A DNA stretch of 64,000 nt from Bdellovibrionota bacterium (GTDB lineage Bacteria; Bdellovibrionota_C; UBA2361; JBGSMV01): positions 1 to 64,000 of the forward strand of contig JBGSMV010000031.1 of the NCBI GenBank assembly GCA_041739995.1. Reading direction: 5' to 3'. The position numbers and the translations under genes are program-made. The number at the start of each line of letters is the position of its first letter. The first letter of the stretch is position 1. Of the stretch, positions 38,764 to 48,775 are shown in pieces. The notes under the pieces are model-generated. The model was not told where the DNA came from. It did no database searches and saw only the letters and a list, made by a program, of their open reading frames with translations.

Positions 38764-40200
38764 ATGGCGACCGAGATGAAAATGCCCCAACTGAGCGACA
38801 CCATGGACAAGGGAAAGATCCTTGGGTGGCGTAAAAAAGAAGGGGACCAGGTTGCTCGGGGAGATATCCTTGCCGAGGTCGAAACCGACAAGGCCAATCT
38901 AGAAATTGAATGTTTCACCGCCGGTGTTTTGTTAAAGATTCTTGTTCCCGCCGGCTCCACAGCAGTAGTTGGGGAGACGATCGCAGTCGTGGGGCAACCC
39001 GGAGATAGCGTCGACATCTCTAGTTCAAGCAACGGGGCACAGGCTTCCAGGGGAACCGCAGCAAGCACTCCCCCTGCCGCAGCTCCAAGCGCGTCTCCAT
39101 TGGCATCGTCCGGGGCGGCGGCATCATCCGGGGCTGCTATGCCACCATCCGCTCCCTCACCCTCCACTCCCCCACCACCCACTCACTCACCTACTCCGTC
39201 GCCGAGTAGCAATGCGTTTAGTGCTGGTTCGAGCGGGGCTCATGATCGAGTCCGCGCTTCACCCCTGGCCAAAAAACTTGCCGAACAGCACTCCATAAGC
39301 CTTTTCGGTGTCTCGGGATCTGGTCCTGACGGGAGGATCGTAAAGCGAGATATCGAGGATCGATTGCAAAACTCGAGCGGTAATTCTTCGGGCAGTAATC
39401 CTGGAGTAAGAAGCGATTCGCAGACCAGTAGTCCAAGGAACACCGACACGCTCAATGTCCCTACATCCAATGTCCGCCCGTCCAGCAATGATAGCGTGGC
39501 TAAATCTGGAGGCGTTTCTGCTGCTCGCAGCTACCCGCTTTCCAAGATGCGAGAGACCATCGCGCGACGCATGCAAGAGAGCGTAACTCAGGCACCACAC
39601 TTCTATGTCACCACCGCGGTGAACATGGAACAGTCCCTCATTCTTCGAGAAGCCCTCAAGCCGGTACCAGAATATAAAGGCATAAGCGTAAACCATTTAG
39701 TACTTAAGGCCTGCGCCTACGCCCTCGCCAGAGAGCCGCGAGTAAACCGATCACTTCGTGACGGCTTAGTGTACGAGCCTGGCGAGATCAATATCGGTAT
39801 TATAACCGCCATAGAAGATGGACTTCTCATCCCTGTAGTCCGCAATGCAGATACCCTCCCCTTAAAAGATGTCGTTTTTGAAGCGCGCGCAGCAATCGAA
39901 CGTGCCCGCGCGGGACGCCCCACGTCATCCGATCTTATGGGCGGAACTTTTTCAATTTCAAATATGGGCATGTTCGACGTGGAGAACTTCACTGCCATTA
40001 TCAACCCCGGGCAAGGCGGGGTCATTGCGGTTAGTGCAGTGCGCGACCAGCCCATCGTACGCGATGGCCAAATAGCTATCGGAAAGCAGATGAAAGTTAC
40101 TTTATCGGTCGATCATCGCGTAATCGATGGCATCATGGCCGCACAATGGTTGAAGCACTTCAAAGAAGCACTTGAAATTCCCGCACTAATGATGGCCTAA
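38764..40200 (+). CDS. pdhC: Pyruvate dehydrogenase E2, dihydrolipoamide acetyltransferase
   Basis: Lipoyl domain MPQLSDTM...EVETDKA, Ala/Pro linker, E3-binding ASPLAKKLA...GSGPDGRI, and catalytic domain with GGTFSISNMGM and DHRVIDG. Confidence 0.95.
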   Translation: MATEMKMPQLSDTMDKGKILGWRKKEGDQVARGDILAEVETDKANLEIECFTAGVLLKILVPAGSTAVVGETIAVVGQPGDSVDISSSSNGAQASRGTAASTPPAAAPSASPLASSGAAASSGAAMPPSAPSPSTPPPPTHSPTPSPSSNAFSAGSSGAHDRVRASPLAKKLAEQHSISLFGVSGSGPDGRIVKRDIEDRLQNSSGNSSGSNPGVRSDSQTSSPRNTDTLNVPTSNVRPSSNDSVAKSGGVSAARSYPLSKMRETIARRMQESVTQAPHFYVTTAVNMEQSLILREALKPVPEYKGISVNHLVLKACAYALAREPRVNRSLRDGLVYEPGEINIGIITAIEDGLLIPVVRNADTLPLKDVVFEARAAIERARAGRPTSSDLMGGTFSISNMGMFDVENFTAIINPGQGGVIAVSAVRDQPIVRDGQIAIGKQMKVTLSVDHRVIDGIMAAQWLKHFKEALEIPALMMA

Positions 40201-40201
40201 G

Positions 40202-41182
40202 ATGGACACACGAGAACTTAGTTCAACTCAATCAGCACTCGCCTCTGCTACACTGGACTCGACTGCATCGCTGGTTGATTTGCCACGCGCGCGCGGAGAG
40301 CGCATCCCAAAACCCTCGTGGCTTAAGGCGCGAGCGCCCGGGTCGCCTGAGTATCTTGAAACCAAGGAAATCGTAAAGCGCCTGAAACTTCACACCGTTT
40401 GCGAAGAGGCGCGCTGTCCAAATATCGGCGAGTGCTGGTCACACAGCACTGCCACTTTCATGATCATGGGCGACCTGTGCACTCGCAAATGTCACTTTTG
40501 CTCAGTCAAGAAAGGCACCTCCGATGCGGGCCTTGAGAACTCTCTGGTAGCCCTTGACCCGCTCGAGCCAGAGCGAGTTGGTGTAGCGGTGGGAGAATTG
40601 CACCTAAAACACGCCGTGATTACGTCTGTCGATCGTGATGACGTCTCAGACAACGGCGCTTCTCACTTCTCTAAAACTGTGGCTTCAGTTCGCCGCCATG
40701 CGCCCGAATGCAAAATTGAGCTTTTGATTCCTGACCTCAAAGGGTCTCAGCGAGATCTTCAGACCATAGTAAAGACCGGAATCGATGTCTTAAATCACAA
40801 CGTCGAGACGGTGCCACGACTGTACAAAAAAGTTCGCCCTGGTGCGGGCTACATTCGGTCACTTTCAATTCTGCGCTGGGCAAAAGAGACCAACCCAAAA
40901 TTAAAAACGAAATCCGGGATTATGGTCGGCCTTGGTGAGACCCCCGAAGAAGTACACTCGCTCATGGACGATCTGCGTGATGCCCAAGTAGATATCATGA
41001 CCATAGGTCAGTACTTACGCCCCAGCGAAAGGCAACTCCCCGTTCGAGAGTTCGTTACGCCTGAGCAATTCAAGAGTTACCAAGAGATTGGTCTGGCGAA
41101 GGGATTTCTTTTCGTTGAATCAGGCCCACTGGTAAGAAGCTCCTACCATGCTTGGAAGCATACGGTGGCCTCCCCGACCTAG
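40202..41182 (+). CDS. lipA: Lipoyl synthase
   Basis: CEEARCPNIGEC, radical SAM motif CTRKCHFC, NHNVETVPRLY and RSSYHA. Confidence 0.98.
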   Translation: MDTRELSSTQSALASATLDSTASLVDLPRARGERIPKPSWLKARAPGSPEYLETKEIVKRLKLHTVCEEARCPNIGECWSHSTATFMIMGDLCTRKCHFCSVKKGTSDAGLENSLVALDPLEPERVGVAVGELHLKHAVITSVDRDDVSDNGASHFSKTVASVRRHAPECKIELLIPDLKGSQRDLQTIVKTGIDVLNHNVETVPRLYKKVRPGAGYIRSLSILRWAKETNPKLKTKSGIMVGLGETPEEVHSLMDDLRDAQVDIMTIGQYLRPSERQLPVREFVTPEQFKSYQEIGLAKGFLFVESGPLVRSSYHAWKHTVASPT

Positions 41183-41327
41183 TGTGCTGGGTTAGAAGTC
41201 GCTTACGCATCTTTCTCTCTGTTCTCGCCGAACTTCTTGTGTAATTCGTTAAATATATTCACAAAGAGCTCAGCGAGCGCGGCGAGAATTATTTATTAAA
41301 CCCTTAACTCAGGACACTGGCAGGCTG

Positions 41328-41365
41328 GTGACTCTGCAACCGTGACTCTGCAGCCGTGACTCCGC
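41328..41365 (+). repeat. 14-bp tandem repeat, ~2.7 copies
   Basis: GTGACTCTGCAACC GTGACTCTGCAGCC GTGACTCCGC. Confidence 0.8.
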
Positions 41366-41527
41366 CCCTGTGCCCCTGTCCCATCGCCACAAGAAAACTG
41401 CCCAAATGCCATTTCCAAGCTCTTAACTCGACTCTTCCCGAGCAGCTGGGCGGGGGCTCGCCAGCGCTGATACTTTCCAATAGAATCGAGAACTTACGAT
41501 TTTAAACTCGACTGAAGATATCCTTTA

Positions 41528-44500
41528 ATGAGACGCGGTTTTTGGCTTCCCGCATGTGCGCTTCTGATCGGCCTGGCTTCGAGCCTAGGAGTCATCTATG
41601 CCCAGAAGCGAATAGCCAAGGAGTTGATGGGGATACTTCAAGACGAGCTAAGCCAAGCTTGCCCCTGTAATCTCAAATTCGACTCATTCGAACTTTCTCT
41701 TCTGCGGCTGCGTGCAACTGGCTCGAACGTTCGAATAGAGCGGGATGGCACCCCGCACTTACGTTTTAGAGAACTAGAGGCAAAGTTTTCGCTTTCAGAC
41801 ATCCTTCAACGCCGTATTATCCTCAGCGAGCTTAATCTAAAGGATGGATTTTCCCAGGGTGTTGGTCCTGATAGCTCCACCTTTCAGTTCATCGACCAAC
41901 TGACCGCTCCCGCCCCTCCAGAGAAAGATTTTCCTGATCGCTTGAAGGTGCAACTAGAGCGAATTGTAGTTTCTAACGCCGAGTTTGTTGAGCCGATTCG
42001 AACCACCCAGGTGCTAGGGCGGAACGTTGATGTGGTTGTTCAACGCACTCCTGAGGGAGACTTCACCATTACTCCTTCGATCGGAGCTCTCGCCCTCGAC
42101 TTCAACCACACTAAAGTGCTGAACCTCGGGTCGGTAGGCGGAGAGGTTTTTCTCGACGACAATTCGTTCTTCTTGAAGCGAGTCCGACTATCAAATGGGA
42201 ATGCTAACCTAATCATTGACGCAGAAGTGCTTCAGCAGGACGGCAATCCGCTCTCAGGAGAGGCAGACTTCTTGCTGGATGACGCAGCCGTCGGAATTTC
42301 GCGTTTGGCTTCCTTCCTGCTCTACGGGTCAGGTCCTGTCAGTGGCCGACTAAAGTACCCCGAACTCTCAGGCTCATTTTCGAATCCCACCGAACAGCCG
42401 ACCATTTTTCGATATGAGTCCGACCGTCAGTTAGAATTTGCAAAAATGGGGGGAGACTTCACTTTGTCATGGGAAGAGAAGGAGCCCATTTTCACCCTGC
42501 AACATATCGAAGCGTCGAATTCGTTGGGTCAGTTCTCCCTTTCTCGCCCATTCCGCGTTTCCACCGAAACCCTCGAAGGAGAGGGCTCCTTCTCCCTGGA
42601 TTCTTTTGAATTCAGCTCCGTTACATTAAAGGAAATGCGGGCGGAGATAGTCGTTGATTCGAGTTGGACGAAACCAAAGCTGACGGCTCGCATTCAAGCG
42701 CCTCAAAGCTTTTTCGGAGAGTTTCCACTGGGGGCCTTTAACGCGATCCTTGAACTCGATGGTCGAGTCCTTTCGTTCAAAGCCGATACTGAATTCTCTT
42801 TCGCACAAAAAGATGCGGCCCCTTTACACCCGGTAGCGCAGTCTTCGGCGGCACAGCCTTCGATAACACCGCATTCCAGCGATAAAACTTTGGAAACCAC
42901 TACCACCGGATCATTGGAGTTTTCTGGTGATGACTGGGAACAGATCGAGCTGAAGCCAACCGAGATCTTGGTTCGTGCTGGACCTCAAAAGCGCAACGCG
43001 TCTTCGACCTTCCCCATTCTGGACGCATCTTTTCGAATTCAAGGGCCCCTCGATCCCCGCTTGGTCACCGGAAGTGGAAACTTTCGAATTAGCTCTACCA
43101 ATACACTGGTCGATGGCAAGGTAGAAATCAAAGACGGCACTGCCGCTTTTGAGTCTTCCCCTACATCTAAGAAGATCGCACTCAGCGCGGCGATTGGCCT
43201 CACTGAAGATATCCCTAGCCTCCTTGAGCTGCGTCTCACTGACTTTAATGCACTTGAGTTTACGACACCCCGCGCCGCTGGAACTGAGTCTACCACTCCT
43301 TACGCTGCGCCAACGAGCAACAAGCAATGCAGCTCAATAACCGGCTCGCTACGTTATCGCTTTTTAACCGCGCTTCCCAAGGAAGGGAGCGGTGAACTTG
43401 ATGTTCAAAAACTTTCGATTGGCTGTGCGCCTGTGAGCATTGCGTTAGTGGGACCTTTCGTTGCTCCTATTGATGCGGGTGGTTTTAAGCTGCGAAAGGT
43501 GGCATTTGCAGGAACGAACTCCTCACTGACTGTTGATGGTGAAATCGATCCAGGAATGACCCTCGATCTTGGACTCAATGGCAGTCTTGACTTGCGCGCG
43601 ATTGCTCCCCTTATTAGATCCGTCGATGACATTCGCGGTCAGGTCACACTCGACTCCTTTGTAAAGGGTCCGTTCGAAGATCCCACACTCAGCGGACATA
43701 TCGCGATAGAGGACGGTGAGCTTGATTCTGCTTCCTCCGATGTCAGCCTGCGCGCAGTCACCGGTCAGTGCTCCATTACGGATGGTGGACTTGAATTCGA
43801 AAATGTCTCGGGGCGACTCAACGAAGGAGTCTTTGAGTTAAGCGGTAGATTGGAGCCGCTCGCAATAGAGGAATCAGTAGCAACTCTTACCTTTCGAGAC
43901 TTGCTTCTCACTCCTACAGACGAACTTTCGGTCATTTTATCAGGCTCCCTCGGCATCGCCCCTGACAGTGAAGGAACCGCAGCCATTAGCGGAGAAATTA
44001 CCATTGATAGTGCTGAATTTCGTAAGTCATTGAACCTTGCGCAGCTGTTGCGTCAATCAGCGCTTTCTCTTGTCAAACCAAGCAATGCCCTCAAATCAAT
44101 TCCCTCTCGCACTGCCCTTCCAGACATTCCGCTCGATCTTAAGCTTGTTGCCCCAGGCAATATCTTTATCGACACTCCATGGGCCGCAGGAGAGCTGAAG
44201 GCTAATTTTCAGATTCGAGGAACTATAGAAACGCCTGTGCCGACAGGATCGGTGGAGGTATTAGCTGGGTGGATTGGTCTGAGAGACCGCCGCTTTGAAA
44301 TTACCAATGGTCGGGCTGAACTCAAGTCATCTTCACTTGACCCCAGTATCGATCTCCTGGCTGAAACCACTATTAGAACCCGTGAGGGTGATATCTTGTT
44401 AGTCTTTCTTGAGGCCAGCGGCGTAGCCTCTGCCCCTCGATTACGTCTGACCTCCGACCGTGGACTGAGTGAGGCCGAGATACTATCCCTCTTCACCACT

Positions 44501-47398
44501 AGAACTGGCGTGGGAACCGCGAGCACGGCTTCGAGTGTTACTAGTGGCTTCGAACTCGACGCCCTTGAATTCATCGAGGACTATTCGTTTCTCGGTCTGG
44601 GCCGCCTTGTTCGAGGCCTTGCCCGCATTGATAGTCTCTCGATAGAGCCAACTTTCAGCCCGCAACGAGGAACGGTTGAACCGACTCTCGTAGCTACTAA
44701 GCGGCTGTTTGATCACCTTTCTCTGGTAGGACAGACGCTGTTTGGAAGCACCTCAAACGATAGCAGTCTTCGTTTAGTATATGATGTTTCTCCCGCTGTT
44801 GAGATATCCGGTATTCTCGATGCAGCTACGCAAGATCGCGGAAGTTCTGCTGGGGTTGATCTTTCTTATACGCTTCTCGGCGAACGACGCAGATTCTTGG
44901 ACATTCGCACTTCCGGCAACAACATTATTCGCAGCCTCGATATACTTTATGCGTTACGGCTCAACGAAGATACCCGCATCTTACCTTCCAAGGTTTCGCG
45001 ACTCGAGAAAAGAATCACCACGTTCTATGCGAAGCAGGGATTCTTTGCAGCACGCGCCTCCGTCGAGTGTGCTGAAGTTCCCGGCTTTGCTGACACTTTC
45101 TGTCATCAGATTTTGATTGAGATTGATGAGGGGGAGCCTACCTATATTGATGAAGTTGTTTTCGACGGAGCGGCTCTACCCGAGTTTTTACCGGCGTCCT
45201 CGGTTAAACAATCGGTTCGACGATCCATCGCCTCTGAAGAAACTCGAAAGGCATTTGAGAAACAACTGGTTAACGCATTGAGAGCAGAGGGTTATCTCGC
45301 TGCAAGGGTATCGACATCGTTCGAGCCATCAAAAACTGAGGATGTACAGGATCCGTCGCGAGGTTCTACGAGCGCGGCTTCGCGAGGAGTGACTCTGCGT
45401 GCAGCCCTTACCGTTGGCGACCCCGTTACTTTTGTCTTTACCAACAATACTGTTTTCTCGGCAAAAGAGTTTCTTGAAACTATCGATCTCTTTGGTCGTC
45501 GACAACCCTTTGGAAGTAACACCGTTACGATTCTTCTCGAAAACATCGAACGCCTTTACAATGATGCGGGATATCTTTTTGCCTCAGCATCTGTCGAGCG
45601 AACCAAGGACTCCGCGGGAGAGCGCGTGACCTATCACATCACGCTCGAAGAAGGCCTCAAATTCCAGGTGTCACAAGTCACGTTCCAGGGCCTCGAGACT
45701 TTCTCCACCGAGAGACTGCATCGAGCCCTTCGCAAGCACGAACCCGAAGCAGCGTCTCTCATCCTTGAGCCAACCTTCGCCGTTCCCGATCAGCTTGAGG
45801 TAAACACGCTCACCATCACCCGAGCACTAGAGCTTTCTGGATTTCCTGAGGCAAAAGTAACCGTGGAGGTGACTCCAGATGAAGAGAATAAGACCGTTGA
45901 GATTCTCTACACGGTCGTGGAAGGATCTGAAGTTATCGCAGATACGATTACGATTCAGGGCGCACCGCCGCATCTTTCACTCCCCAAAGTTCCTCATGGA
46001 TCACTCTCAATTCCCGCCATTAACGAAATTGTGGCCGAGCTTTCTCGTACGCTCGTCGACCAAGGCTATTTGGTGTCGAGCGTCAGCACAAACTTTGTGA
46101 CAGAACGTGAGGCGGTTATACAGGTAGCTCCCGGTCCTCAAAGCTTCATCGAAGAGTTACGCATCGACAATGAAGCAATCTGTGCTCCTGAAGTTATTCG
46201 TCAACAGTTGCTCGTTCAGGCAGGATCGAAACTCGATCAAGAGCTCATCCAAGAGAGCAAGCGTAGATTGCTTCGCTTAGGCCTGTTTGCTCGTGTCGAA
46301 ATGATTCTTGAGCCTCTGGACTCTGAAGCAATCGCGCATCGATTGGTCGTCTCAGTGCAGGAACGCTCACTGCGAACGGTTACCATAGGTGGGGGTGCGA
46401 ACTCTGAGCTTGGCTTGCATATCTTTGGAGAAGCTACGGATAGAAAACTGTTCGGCGATGGACGCAGCCTGACTGCCAGAATTGATACTTATTATGACCG
46501 TGTTGCCGCAGAGATTAGTCAGGGAATAGCGAGTCTTACTTACGGCGACCCTGTTCTACTTGGAAGTGACTACAGCTATTACTCAGACCTGCGTTATCAG
46601 CGAGAAGCCCTCGACAATCAGGAGTTTGACCTTGATAGAGTTGCACTCGCCAACTACGCACACCGCTCTCGCTCGTCAGAATCAGATCTCGCTGGTCTCA
46701 GTTGGTCCATTGGTCATACTATTCTGCAAGAGGACCTCACTAACGTGTCTCCGGGAGCTATCATTGGCTCATTCGACACCGGACTTGTTCGCCTTGGCTT
46801 TCTCTCAGCGCTCATAAACTTTGATGGAAGAGACGATCCTCTTAATCCCACTCGAGGATTCTCCGTTCAAGGAGAGAGTATTATAGCTGCGCAGGCTCTC
46901 GGCTCAGAGGCGGAATACCTCGCTTTTCAGAGTAAGGCCTCCTATCTCACTCCATTGGGCTTTCTCTCTCCACGATGGAGTTTTGCCTCAGGCTCGCGCT
47001 TCGGAGTGGCGTGGAAACTTGCCGATACCGACGAGATACCAATTTCGCAAAGATTCTATCTGGGAGGAAGAACGACGGTTCGAGGCTTTAAAGACAATTC
47101 GCTTGGCCCACTTGGCTTTGACGGAGCGGTGCAAGGCGGCGATCTTACCGCCTCTCAGAATCTCGAGCTGCGCCATAGGCTTGCCTCGAATACCGAAGTA
47201 CTTTCGTTTTTTGATTTTGGAGGATTGTTTCTTCAAGATGACCCAATCCTCTTGAAGGACGTGCGAGAAAGTTTTGGCCTTGGGGTTCGCTATCTCTCGC
47301 CAATCGGTCCGATCGGTTTTGATCTTGGGTTTCCTCTCGATCGAAGAAGCGGTGAAAGCACCTACCAAGTACACTTCAACATCGGCTCCAATTTCTAA
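41528..47398 (+). CDS. TamB/AsmA-like protein fused to POTRA domains and an Omp85 (TamA/BamA) barrel
   Basis: N-terminal TM anchor, long beta-taco-like region and TamB C-terminal signature (LTSDRGLSEAEILSLF). Then POTRA-like repeats (Y...GY..A.V, LLRLGLFARV) and Omp85 motifs RFYLGGRTTVRGF and GLGVRYLSPIGPIGFD, with a terminal Phe. No internal stop in 1956 aa. Confidence 0.88.
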   Translation: MRRGFWLPACALLIGLASSLGVIYAQKRIAKELMGILQDELSQACPCNLKFDSFELSLLRLRATGSNVRIERDGTPHLRFRELEAKFSLSDILQRRIILSELNLKDGFSQGVGPDSSTFQFIDQLTAPAPPEKDFPDRLKVQLERIVVSNAEFVEPIRTTQVLGRNVDVVVQRTPEGDFTITPSIGALALDFNHTKVLNLGSVGGEVFLDDNSFFLKRVRLSNGNANLIIDAEVLQQDGNPLSGEADFLLDDAAVGISRLASFLLYGSGPVSGRLKYPELSGSFSNPTEQPTIFRYESDRQLEFAKMGGDFTLSWEEKEPIFTLQHIEASNSLGQFSLSRPFRVSTETLEGEGSFSLDSFEFSSVTLKEMRAEIVVDSSWTKPKLTARIQAPQSFFGEFPLGAFNAILELDGRVLSFKADTEFSFAQKDAAPLHPVAQSSAAQPSITPHSSDKTLETTTTGSLEFSGDDWEQIELKPTEILVRAGPQKRNASSTFPILDASFRIQGPLDPRLVTGSGNFRISSTNTLVDGKVEIKDGTAAFESSPTSKKIALSAAIGLTEDIPSLLELRLTDFNALEFTTPRAAGTESTTPYAAPTSNKQCSSITGSLRYRFLTALPKEGSGELDVQKLSIGCAPVSIALVGPFVAPIDAGGFKLRKVAFAGTNSSLTVDGEIDPGMTLDLGLNGSLDLRAIAPLIRSVDDIRGQVTLDSFVKGPFEDPTLSGHIAIEDGELDSASSDVSLRAVTGQCSITDGGLEFENVSGRLNEGVFELSGRLEPLAIEESVATLTFRDLLLTPTDELSVILSGSLGIAPDSEGTAAISGEITIDSAEFRKSLNLAQLLRQSALSLVKPSNALKSIPSRTALPDIPLDLKLVAPGNIFIDTPWAAGELKANFQIRGTIETPVPTGSVEVLAGWIGLRDRRFEITNGRAELKSSSLDPSIDLLAETTIRTREGDILLVFLEASGVASAPRLRLTSDRGLSEAEILSLFTTRTGVGTASTASSVTSGFELDALEFIEDYSFLGLGRLVRGLARIDSLSIEPTFSPQRGTVEPTLVATKRLFDHLSLVGQTLFGSTSNDSSLRLVYDVSPAVEISGILDAATQDRGSSAGVDLSYTLLGERRRFLDIRTSGNNIIRSLDILYALRLNEDTRILPSKVSRLEKRITTFYAKQGFFAARASVECAEVPGFADTFCHQILIEIDEGEPTYIDEVVFDGAALPEFLPASSVKQSVRRSIASEETRKAFEKQLVNALRAEGYLAARVSTSFEPSKTEDVQDPSRGSTSAASRGVTLRAALTVGDPVTFVFTNNTVFSAKEFLETIDLFGRRQPFGSNTVTILLENIERLYNDAGYLFASASVERTKDSAGERVTYHITLEEGLKFQVSQVTFQGLETFSTERLHRALRKHEPEAASLILEPTFAVPDQLEVNTLTITRALELSGFPEAKVTVEVTPDEENKTVEILYTVVEGSEVIADTITIQGAPPHLSLPKVPHGSLSIPAINEIVAELSRTLVDQGYLVSSVSTNFVTEREAVIQVAPGPQSFIEELRIDNEAICAPEVIRQQLLVQAGSKLDQELIQESKRRLLRLGLFARVEMILEPLDSEAIAHRLVVSVQERSLRTVTIGGGANSELGLHIFGEATDRKLFGDGRSLTARIDTYYDRVAAEISQGIASLTYGDPVLLGSDYSYYSDLRYQREALDNQEFDLDRVALANYAHRSRSSESDLAGLSWSIGHTILQEDLTNVSPGAIIGSFDTGLVRLGFLSALINFDGRDDPLNPTRGFSVQGESIIAAQALGSEAEYLAFQSKASYLTPLGFLSPRWSFASGSRFGVAWKLADTDEIPISQRFYLGGRTTVRGFKDNSLGPLGFDGAVQGGDLTASQNLELRHRLASNTEVLSFFDFGGLFLQDDPILLKDVRESFGLGVRYLSPIGPIGFDLGFPLDRRSGESTYQVHFNIGSNF

Positions 47399-47637
47399 GC
47401 AACCCGGCTGGCCCTCACCAAGCTCGTCGCTCACGTTCTCATACCTACAATCACTGCCCGGGTGGAACCTCATTTATGCAATTAGAACTTCATTTGACGG
47501 ACGTAACCATCTGTAATAACTAGCTTTAAAAACTTTCTCCGTCCTCAATTCAAACAGTTGCATCAAAGCAAAGTAAGAGATGTGTGAAATCCCGGTGCAA
47601 GGATTACCGGTCCTCGAACACCCACGGAGGGTTTTGT

Positions 47638-48741
47638 ATGGTTATCATTGTTGTTCCTAGCTTTGAAAAGGGCTCCCCATTCAGCGAGCAGCTTCAGCGT
47701 ACGCTGGACCTCGCTCGAGCAAGTGGCGTCGCCGATCTGGTCATCGCAAGCGATGGCTCAATCCCCGCGATGAGTGGCATAGGACTCATCACATTCTCCG
47801 ACCGATACGCGCTTGGTAGCGCGATATCAGAATTTATCCATAGTCAGTCCGCTTCTAAGGTCGCGTCATCGCACGTCACCATAGTAAGTGCAGAAATATC
47901 ATCCCTCAGCAATTCATCGGCAGCAATGCAACGCCTGATTGCTGCGCAAGCCCCGCTTTCCTACATCCCTACTTTCCATGGATCCGAAACAGTCGAGTTT
48001 CCGGGAATGAACGATGCAGGGTTTATCGCCTCTCAATTGGTGCAGGATATTCAGCCTGAGACAATGATACCTGCGGTTGGATTGAGCGTTGCACGTGCAC
48101 TTCTTGATAAGGTTGGCTTTGCCTGTATTTCGCTTAGCGGACTCGCGCTTGAGCTTGTCGTTGAGTGCTTTTCTCGCGGCGAGGAAGTTCAACTTATCGA
48201 CAGCGACCTCTCAGTCGCTTCAGATTTCGCTCCTGTTCAAATCTCTAACGATGAACTTGCGCGTGGATTGAGGCGGGCTGTCGAGTTAATCGCCATTGAG
48301 GAGCTCTTTCCTGCCCATGCCTGGGACGCTCGGCGACCAGAAAGCACCATGTCGTGCTACCATCGCCTTGCCGCTAAATTTATTCGACTTGGTGACTTTG
48401 AAAGCGCTGATTCATGTCTCAATCAGTCAGACCGCATCGCAGAAAGCCCAAGAGCACTTGCATTGCGGGCAGTAATCGCTATGGAGCGCGGTGAGACTCT
48501 TGGTGCGATAGCGAAGCTGATCACAAGCCTTCAGGAATATGAACAACAGAAACGCAACGCCAGCGTCAGCAAACTGGAAGAAGGTGCCGGACAACCTATC
48601 GATTCGGTAAATGAAGAACTTAAGCAGGGACTCTCCGCATTGAACTCACAAGACAACAGCGCAGCATTAAAACACTTCGCTCGCGCGGTAAGAGAATTCG
48701 ATAGCTTCTACCGAGAGTCAGGACTGCTCACGTTGATGTAA
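47638..48741 (+). CDS. Hypothetical protein: degenerate GT2-like N-terminus plus TPR-like helical C-terminus
   Basis: ATG 47638 with GGAGG SD. MVIIVVPSF...DLVIASDGS echoes the GT-A pattern SVIIP.YN...IVVDDGS; the C-terminus has TPR-like helices. Confidence 0.65.
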   Translation: MVIIVVPSFEKGSPFSEQLQRTLDLARASGVADLVIASDGSIPAMSGIGLITFSDRYALGSAISEFIHSQSASKVASSHVTIVSAEISSLSNSSAAMQRLIAAQAPLSYIPTFHGSETVEFPGMNDAGFIASQLVQDIQPETMIPAVGLSVARALLDKVGFACISLSGLALELVVECFSRGEEVQLIDSDLSVASDFAPVQISNDELARGLRRAVELIAIEELFPAHAWDARRPESTMSCYHRLAAKFIRLGDFESADSCLNQSDRIAESPRALALRAVIAMERGETLGAIAKLITSLQEYEQQKRNASVSKLEEGAGQPIDSVNEELKQGLSALNSQDNSAALKHFARAVREFDSFYRESGLLTLM

Positions 48742-48775
48742 CCTTGCTGCGCAAATCGCTTGACACGTTGGCGCT

